Virus record (IMG/VR): IMGVR_UViG_3300033153_006968
Coordinates: 21,610-85,609 of that record
Origin: a virus
DNA length: 64,000 nucleotides
Reading direction: 5' to 3' (one strand)
Positions 58,712 to 64,000 of this stretch are shown here, piece by piece (positions within the stretch are counted from its first letter, which is position 1; the number at the start of each line of letters is the position of its first letter). The notes under the pieces are model-generated. The model saw nothing but the letters and a program-made list of their open reading frames with translations. It was not told where the DNA came from and did no database searches. A program made the position numbers and the translations under genes.

Positions 58712-59287
58712 CTATCTCAAATACGGAGACGACATAATCAAAGCTTCATTACCCAACGCTCCCCTTCCATTGAGATGACTATTTTGTATTGCTTGTAGAC
58801 TTCTCTGTCTCATTGTAGATATAGTTCCAAATCTATCAACTACGTCAGCGCCTAATTCTAATCCTTTAATTCTCTTTTCATGAGCTATAGCGGCCTCACC
58901 AAGTTTATAGCCTCCATAACCAAGACCAGCTACTGCGGCGGCTCCAAGAGTAACGGGATTAGCAAACATAGACCAGGCAGCTCTCATAGCTCCCCACGTC
59001 GCCGCATCAGCAGCTACATTCTTGGTAGCTCCCATTATTCCGCCTTCCTTGTATCCAGAATAGGCAGAATAGGCAGTAAATACAGGAAATAACCCACGAC
59101 CAAGAGCGGCCATTTTTCCAGCGGCAAATACTCCACCAGCAGCCTTTCTTCCCATGAAACCCTTGGACACTCCGCCTTCATAATGCATACCAAAGGTCTC
59201 TCCAACGCCTTGCGCAAAAGCTCTACCAGGACGAGATGCCATCATAGTGCCTCTTGCTCTTTGAACAAAACTCTGATCAGACGCCAT
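58712..59287 (-). CDS. Gly/Ala-rich hydrophobic protein (possible ejected/internal virion protein)
   Basis: 191 aa; 'NPVTLGAAAVAGLGYGGY'; C-terminal 'TMRQRSLQAIQNSHLNGRGALGNEA'. Confidence 0.55.
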   Translation of the reverse strand: MASDQSFVQRARGTMMASRPGRAFAQGVGETFGMHYEGGVSKGFMGRKAAGGVFAAGKMAALGRGLFPVFTAYSAYSGYKEGGIMGATKNVAADAATWGAMRAAWSMFANPVTLGAAAVAGLGYGGYKLGEAAIAHEKRIKGLELGADVVDRFGTISTMRQRSLQAIQNSHLNGRGALGNEALIMSSPYLR

Positions 59288-59295
59288 TATTTACC

Positions 59296-59781
59296 TCAGT
59301 GCCTAGACGAATGCATTCCCTGCACAAGTCCATACGTACTTTCCATTAACCTTTGATTTCTTACCACAGAACCAGGAGTTAAACTTCCAGTTGGCATTAC
59401 TCCTGTATCCATTGCTTCTACGGCCGCTGCCTCTCTATTAATATTCATGGACATTTGTTCTCCCCGCGCGCCAAGAGAAGGAGACACGTTCGGAGTGCTA
59501 CCAACTCCAGAAGAAAGAAACATGCCAGCTCCAATAGTTCCAGCAGTTGCATAGGGATGTCGAATGGCGAATGCTCCTGCCTGCATTCCAAACCTAGCTA
59601 AACTAGGAGAGGCATGCGCTGCCATTTTTGTTGCCTTCCAAGCTCCTTTAGCTCCATATTTAAGAGCAGTTCCTACTGTCGATATAGCGGCAGTAAAAAG
59701 CTTGTCTCTAAGAGCCATAGATAAACTGCCTCTATATGCCGCAGAGGCTCCTAACATACCAGCAATAAACGGAGCAGCCAT
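59296..59781 (-). CDS. Gly/Ala-rich hydrophobic protein (possible ejected/internal virion protein)
   Basis: 161 aa; 'RHPYATAGTIGAGMFL'; TATAAT and AGGAG upstream. Confidence 0.55.
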   Translation of the reverse strand: MAAPFIAGMLGASAAYRGSLSMALRDKLFTAAISTVGTALKYGAKGAWKATKMAAHASPSLARFGMQAGAFAIRHPYATAGTIGAGMFLSSGVGSTPNVSPSLGARGEQMSMNINREAAAVEAMDTGVMPTGSLTPGSVVRNQRLMESTYGLVQGMHSSRH

Positions 59782-59809
59782 AATTATCTCCTATTATACA
59801 ATATATTTA

Positions 59810-61984
59810 TTATCCCGCAGTCTTATTCGGATCATAAAGAATCTTCTTCATTTTTGCATGACCCTTGCCTGGATTCAGAGAATAGGAATGAGCTTGTGCA
59901 ACACCGGACTTATGAAGTTCTTGTTGAGCTGCTTTTCTTCTAGCTGCAGCTTCTCTCAATATTCTTGTATGATTGTCAGATTCTTTGTATATTGCGCGTT
60001 CCATTCTGTCCATTACTCTTTTTTCGGCAGCATGACTTTCTAATATTTCGATTAGAGAACTAGATTCACCCCTTTGTCTGGCTACTGTCTCCCATAGACC
60101 TTCAGCTTCAACTGTAGACGCTCCAGGAGAAATTCTTGCTAATTTATCTTTGGCCCACCGATCTGCTAAACCACCTCTGATTTGTTCTCCGCTAAATTCT
60201 TTAGGTCCTTTACCAAACATCTGAGCTTGTTTATGAGGAGCTGCTGGAAGAAGCATCCGTTCAAGCCGAGTATTGTCTGCAATCCTTTGCAATCGCTGTT
60301 CAACAAATCTAGTCCCTGGACCGCTCACTTGCGCAGCGCTAAATTCTGTTGCTCCAGTTCCAAACGAAGCTTTTATTTCTGCAGGAGTAAATTTGAGAAA
60401 CCTCTTTTCAAGAGCAAGTGTCTCCCTCACTTTGAAAAAGCTCTTAACTCTGCCGAATATCCCTCTCCAACCAGATCCAAAGTCAGTATTCTCTCTTCTG
60501 GTTCTTCCGGCCATACCTTTATGAGATAACCCTTCAATCGTATTATAAGCATCATCTTTGCCAGAAAACGAGTTGTCTAGAAGTTCGTTAACCGAAGACA
60601 GGCCTTTATCAAAAAATCTACCAACCTCTCCAAAGAATCTACTTCCGACAGATTCTGTTTCTCCCTTTAGATCCCTCATTTTTTCTAACAGTTCATAATA
60701 TTGTTCAGGTACTTCCTCGCGAATTCTTTCGATCATCGGATCTACATTCGTTATTTTTCCTTTGAGGTAATAATACGCTCCAGGTACACCTTCTGTAACA
60801 ATATGGGGCACACCAGATGCAAGTTGGCCTACATACTCAGCAACACTAACTTCCTCCCCCTGCTTCCTCTTTTCTATTCTAAGTTTCTCCAGAGACATAG
60901 TTGCTGCCGCATGAACATCCTCATGCATAGTCCACATCTTGTCATGCTCGTGTAAGTGATAAAGATTACTAGTATGCCTATAGCTGACAAAAGAGGATTG
61001 TCCTGATTCTGGGATAGCAATTGTGACTGGGACAAATCCCAGCTCTCCTGTAAGTTCCTCTTCGCTAATTAAATTTTTAGGAATGAAGATTCTCTTATGC
61101 CCTGTCCCAGCTTCAACGCCATACTTTTCTAGACCGACTTTTAGCTGATTAAATATCTTAGCGGTTTCACTCGTATCACTTCCCTGATACCCAGATCCAA
61201 AATCGGTATGTATTCTCCTCAATCTCTCTGCTTGTCCACCATGAGGTAATCCTTCAATAGTATTGTATTCATCGTCCTTACCAGAGAATAGAGACAAGGG
61301 CTTCGTTAGATACAACCCCATCGCTGTTACGGCGAAGCCTCCAGCCATTTTTGTCCCCAGTGGAACGGTCGATAGACCTCGGAGACCCGCCTTACTGAGG
61401 ATACTTTCTTCAAACCCCAGAGCTGCCTTCTGAGCAGCCTTTATGCCTCTGGATACTTGCTGACCCAAGGTGGGTGGGAAAAGACGCTCAGTGAGCATTT
61501 CTGGGGCACTGGGGCCAAGTTTAGAGGCTAGTTCGCCCGTTATTCCGAAGTGACGAGCACGAGCAGCGATACTTCCATAAAAGGACGAAAGAGGTTGTCG
61601 AGGATCGAATGGACCTTTCCCTACTGCTTTAGTTAGTCGTTCTGTGAGAGCTAGTCTGTTCCATCGAGTAATGAACTGCTCTCCCGATTTTTCTGGAAAC
61701 AGGGATAGGTTTCTCCTAATATTGCGAGACCAACCAGCGAACTGGATCCCTTCTTCTTTGAGCTGTAGAGCTGCGCCAGCTTCGCCGAGCGTTTTTTCTA
61801 ATCTCAGACCCTGTTTAGTGTAGCCAACAGCTTGTCTGTAGAGTTCTGGATCTACTATTCCTGGATGTCGTGTTACTTCTTTGGCTGTCTGATATGCCCA
61901 GAGAAGATTAGACTTGGGTGTTGGAATTGGTTTGATTGGTCTGGGGAGAAATCTTTTCTGAAACTCTTCTGGAGTGAAAGGCAT
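59810..61984 (-). CDS. Modular protein with two 36-aa repeats flanking a His-rich domain
   Basis: 724 aa; repeat FSGKDDxYNTIEGLxHxGxAxRxRRxxTDFGSGxxG occurs twice; internal 'YHLHEHDKMWTMHEDVH'. Confidence 0.65.
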   Translation of the reverse strand: MPFTPEEFQKRFLPRPIKPIPTPKSNLLWAYQTAKEVTRHPGIVDPELYRQAVGYTKQGLRLEKTLGEAGAALQLKEEGIQFAGWSRNIRRNLSLFPEKSGEQFITRWNRLALTERLTKAVGKGPFDPRQPLSSFYGSIAARARHFGITGELASKLGPSAPEMLTERLFPPTLGQQVSRGIKAAQKAALGFEESILSKAGLRGLSTVPLGTKMAGGFAVTAMGLYLTKPLSLFSGKDDEYNTIEGLPHGGQAERLRRIHTDFGSGYQGSDTSETAKIFNQLKVGLEKYGVEAGTGHKRIFIPKNLISEEELTGELGFVPVTIAIPESGQSSFVSYRHTSNLYHLHEHDKMWTMHEDVHAAATMSLEKLRIEKRKQGEEVSVAEYVGQLASGVPHIVTEGVPGAYYYLKGKITNVDPMIERIREEVPEQYYELLEKMRDLKGETESVGSRFFGEVGRFFDKGLSSVNELLDNSFSGKDDAYNTIEGLSHKGMAGRTRRENTDFGSGWRGIFGRVKSFFKVRETLALEKRFLKFTPAEIKASFGTGATEFSAAQVSGPGTRFVEQRLQRIADNTRLERMLLPAAPHKQAQMFGKGPKEFSGEQIRGGLADRWAKDKLARISPGASTVEAEGLWETVARQRGESSSLIEILESHAAEKRVMDRMERAIYKESDNHTRILREAAARRKAAQQELHKSGVAQAHSYSLNPGKGHAKMKKILYDPNKTAG
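60461..61288. repeat. 108-nt diverged direct repeat (60461-60568 and 61181-61288), 720 nt apart
   Basis: Encodes FSGKDDEYNTIEGLPHGGQAERLRRIHTDFGSGYQG and FSGKDDAYNTIEGLSHKGMAGRTRRENTDFGSGWRG. Confidence 0.9.
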
Positions 61985-62013
61985 TACCTAATTATAATAC
62001 AATACTTATTCTT

Positions 62014-62799
62014 TTAATCGTCCTCAGAATTGATTAATTCATCGGGAGAGAGGACTGTAGATTTTTCTGCCGGGGAGGGAAGAAGCTTTTCTTCCAGTTG
62101 ATTGTCAAATCTTCTCTTAAGCGCTTCTATCTTTCTTCTCATTTCTGCCTGATGAGACGAGGGATCACTTTCGTCCTTCTGTTTGAGTGCTGCCTCTCTC
62201 TTATATCTTTCCTGTCTGTCTCCCACCATTAGCTTAACTATTCGACTTCGCCTATTCTGTAACTTCTCCTTTAATTCCATTAGGGGAGATAACTGTTGTT
62301 GTGTGATGGCGTTACCTTCTGGATCTACTCCTACCGGTTGATCTACTATTAATTCTGCGTTTTCTGGCTTAGAGAGATTATTATTAATCCTCCAAAGATA
62401 AATTTCTATTTCGGATAGTTCATTACAATATCCTACTTCTGTGAAGTTTTCTGGATCTACGTTGTATTCTTCCATGTATTGATATATCCAGTGTTTTAAC
62501 ATTTGGACTTCTAGGGGACATTGACGATTCAATGGACTCTTTCCCATTTGATGGAAGGGACATCTATCTGAAAAAGGACATTTATCCCCGCCGCAGTAGA
62601 GAGGAACCATTGCAGTTGAGCCGGTCTGGAGTTTGTTTATGTGATTTACTATACGTAGAGCTTCTTGAGGTGTGTAGGTTATATCTGAATAATCATCAAA
62701 ATCATAATCTAAGTATTTAAAGAACTTAGTTTTTTTACTTTCGCCCGACTCGGTAATGCCCATACCGTTGGGTTTAATTGCTACTAGTTTATCAGTCAT
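62014..62799 (-). CDS. Probable terminase small subunit (Cys-rich N-terminal half, helical C-terminus)
   Basis: 261 aa; 'CGGDKCPFSDRCP...QCPLE' followed by helices '...SPLMELKEKLQNRRSRIVKLMVGDRQER' like TerS oligomerisation helices; near the head of the packaging operon. Positional inference. Confidence 0.45.
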   Translation of the reverse strand: MTDKLVAIKPNGMGITESGESKKTKFFKYLDYDFDDYSDITYTPQEALRIVNHINKLQTGSTAMVPLYCGGDKCPFSDRCPFHQMGKSPLNRQCPLEVQMLKHWIYQYMEEYNVDPENFTEVGYCNELSEIEIYLWRINNNLSKPENAELIVDQPVGVDPEGNAITQQQLSPLMELKEKLQNRRSRIVKLMVGDRQERYKREAALKQKDESDPSSHQAEMRRKIEALKRRFDNQLEEKLLPSPAEKSTVLSPDELINSEDD

Positions 62800-63028
62800 C
62801 TACTAACTCCTCATAACGAAGAATTCCAGCACCATCACAATTACAACAAATTTTGTCTACTGGAACAAGATCTTTCGCTAGAACAAGTTTTCCTGTTTTT
62901 TTGCTTCTGTATTCAAAACCATAATATCCAGATATGCGATCGTATTCAGGTTTCCATTCCTCGTCATCATAAAGAGCTTGCATAATGCCACTGCCTTCAC
63001 AGACCCAACAAGAGAATATATCACTCAT
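62792..63028 (-). CDS. Small zinc-finger protein (two CxxCxGxG motifs)
   Basis: 'CWVCEGSG' and 'CCNCDGAG', DnaJ-type Cys repeats. Confidence 0.65.
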   Translation of the reverse strand: MSDIFSCWVCEGSGIMQALYDDEEWKPEYDRISGYYGFEYRSKKTGKLVLAKDLVPVDKICCNCDGAGILRYEELVDD

Positions 63029-63267
63029 CCTTCACTTCCTAACTTATCCATGACTTCTTTTAATTCAACAAGGAGAGAATAGATTTGATCATAGTCTTTC
63101 CTTAGGAATATATCTAGGCTTTTACGATAATAAGAACAATCATTCCCGCCGGCCTTATCAGAAAGTACCCTCATCATACCAGCAGTTCTCTCCACTCCAG
63201 ACCTATTAAGTCTGTTACGTAACTCTTCTAATCTGATTATCAAATCTTGACCAGGGAACTCAGTCAT
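63025..63267 (-). CDS. Hypothetical protein, first gene of the leftward operon
   Basis: 80 aa; ATGA-type overlap with the next gene; TATAAT 7 nt upstream of ATG. Confidence 0.55.
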   Translation of the reverse strand: MTEFPGQDLIIRLEELRNRLNRSGVERTAGMMRVLSDKAGGNDCSYYRKSLDIFLRKDYDQIYSLLVELKEVMDKLGSEG

Positions 63268-63330
63268 TAGATTGATTATACTACATAAATAATAAAATAT
63301 GAATAATAAAAAAATACATTAGGGGCGTAT
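63268..63330 (-). promoter_or_regulatory. AT-rich promoter region heading the morphogenesis operon
   Basis: TATAAT at 63275-63280 (minus strand) in a very AT-rich intergenic stretch at the strand switch. Confidence 0.55.
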
Positions 63331-63539
63331 TTGAAAATAAAATTCTGAAGGACATTACGAAAACAATATAGATATGAAATTGAAATATTATTGTGAGGGA
63401 GGTAGGTGTTATATACCCTCCAGTAAGTACCTACTGGTTGGTTTCATCCCCGGGTCGTTCTCCATGGTGGAGAGTGATAACGGTGATGAGTTCTGCTGTT
63501 TTATCTACCTTAGTGTAGATATCAGCAAAGGAGAAGAAG

Positions 63540-63827
63540 ATGACGAATTCTTTTATTCCCGCCGCGACCAAAGAAGAAAACCTTTCTTTCTTCAACAACG
63601 CCTGCAAGTGGTATCTTGAGGCGTTGGCTGCTGACATCCAGACTCTTGAGTCTGGTAATGTGGTAGCTGGTGATGAAGTGGTTAGGTTCTACTGGCCTGT
63701 GTGTGAGCACATCGCCTGTCTGCGTGACTCGATTGATCGTGGTCGAGTGGATGAGATGGCTGCTTTGTTAGCCATGCGTACATTGGTTGATGTACGTGAT
63801 GTGATTAGCTCACGTATGAGTGGGTAG
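63540..63827 (+). CDS. Hypothetical protein, divergently oriented
   Basis: 95 aa; AAGGAG RBS upstream; followed by a hairpin. Confidence 0.55.
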   Translation: MTNSFIPAATKEENLSFFNNACKWYLEALAADIQTLESGNVVAGDEVVRFYWPVCEHIACLRDSIDRGRVDEMAALLAMRTLVDVRDVISSRMSG

Positions 63828-63835
63828 TAGGTAGT

Positions 63836-63867
63836 GGTAGTAGGGAGAGCAGGTCTCCCCTACTGCT
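63836..63867 (+). terminator. Hairpin after the + strand gene (possible terminator)
   Basis: GTAGTAGGGAGA-gcagg-TCTCCCCTACTGC inverted repeat with one bulge; no clear U-tract. Confidence 0.35.
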
Positions 63868-64000
63868 AGCTCTATGTACACATGTGGTATGTAGTGCTAG
63901 TAGTGGAGTATATAGCATATAGACATGATATAGCTTGACATGCCTTATTTGTGGGAGGGTATCTATATTGGTACTTGTTGGTGTTTGTTGGTGTGTATTG

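Noticed and set aside
3038-62720. Numerous + strand ORFs of 60-160 aa in the ORF track, and short nested minus-strand ORFs
   Set aside because: They lie antisense to or inside long, motif-bearing minus-strand genes, mostly lack SD sites and read as shadow frames.
63374-63710. ORFs 63374-63619 (+), 63431-63637 (-) and 63522-63710 (-)
   Set aside because: They overlap the better-supported 63540-63827 gene, which has an AAGGAG RBS; no recognisable motifs.
63935-63966. Sigma70 promoter starting at TTGACA
   Set aside because: No convincing -10 hexamer at 16-18 nt spacing, and the downstream context lies outside the window.
1-64000. Alternative genetic code (stop-codon reassignment)
   Set aside because: Genes are long and tightly abutting under the standard code, and TAA, TAG and TGA all occur as stops at gene junctions.
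1-64000. CRISPR array, tRNA genes, introns or inteins in terL, portal or capsid
   Set aside because: No regularly spaced short repeats, cloverleaf-like sequences, intein C-terminal HN-(C/S/T) with LAGLIDADG blocks, or interrupted core genes were seen by eye; a covariance or HMM scan would be needed to exclude them fully.

Overview
The window is the morphogenesis region of a large tailed dsDNA phage with a contractile tail (myovirus). It uses the standard genetic code and GGAG/GGAGG Shine-Dalgarno sites. Almost all genes lie on the minus strand, tightly packed. In transcription order (right to left) they are: small genes, probable terminase small subunit, a repeat-delimited 724-aa protein, three Gly/Ala-rich hydrophobic proteins, terminase large subunit (probably CTG start), three unknowns, portal with a MuF-like extension, prohead protease/scaffold, head decoration, major capsid, a block of paralogous fibre/decoration proteins, neck proteins, sheath, three tube-fold paralogs, two chaperone-like paralogs, a tape-measure-position membrane protein, a 1423-aa protein, hub with an M23 peptidase, spike, wedge/baseplate J proteins and a tail fibre running off the left edge. 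The most notable observation is the 1423-aa protein in the tape-measure locus. It carries motifs of both barrels of a two-barrel RNA polymerase (K-x8-K, RHP, ADFDAD), suggesting a single-chain virion RNA polymerase stored in or ejected through the tail. Other points of interest are a 36-aa repeat flanking a His-rich cargo domain, strong Ser-Gly enrichment in outer virion proteins, non-ATG starts on low-copy genes, and recurrent TATAAT boxes, some positioned for leaderless transcripts. No tRNA, rRNA, CRISPR array or transposon was seen. All functional calls come from motif reading and gene order, not database searches.
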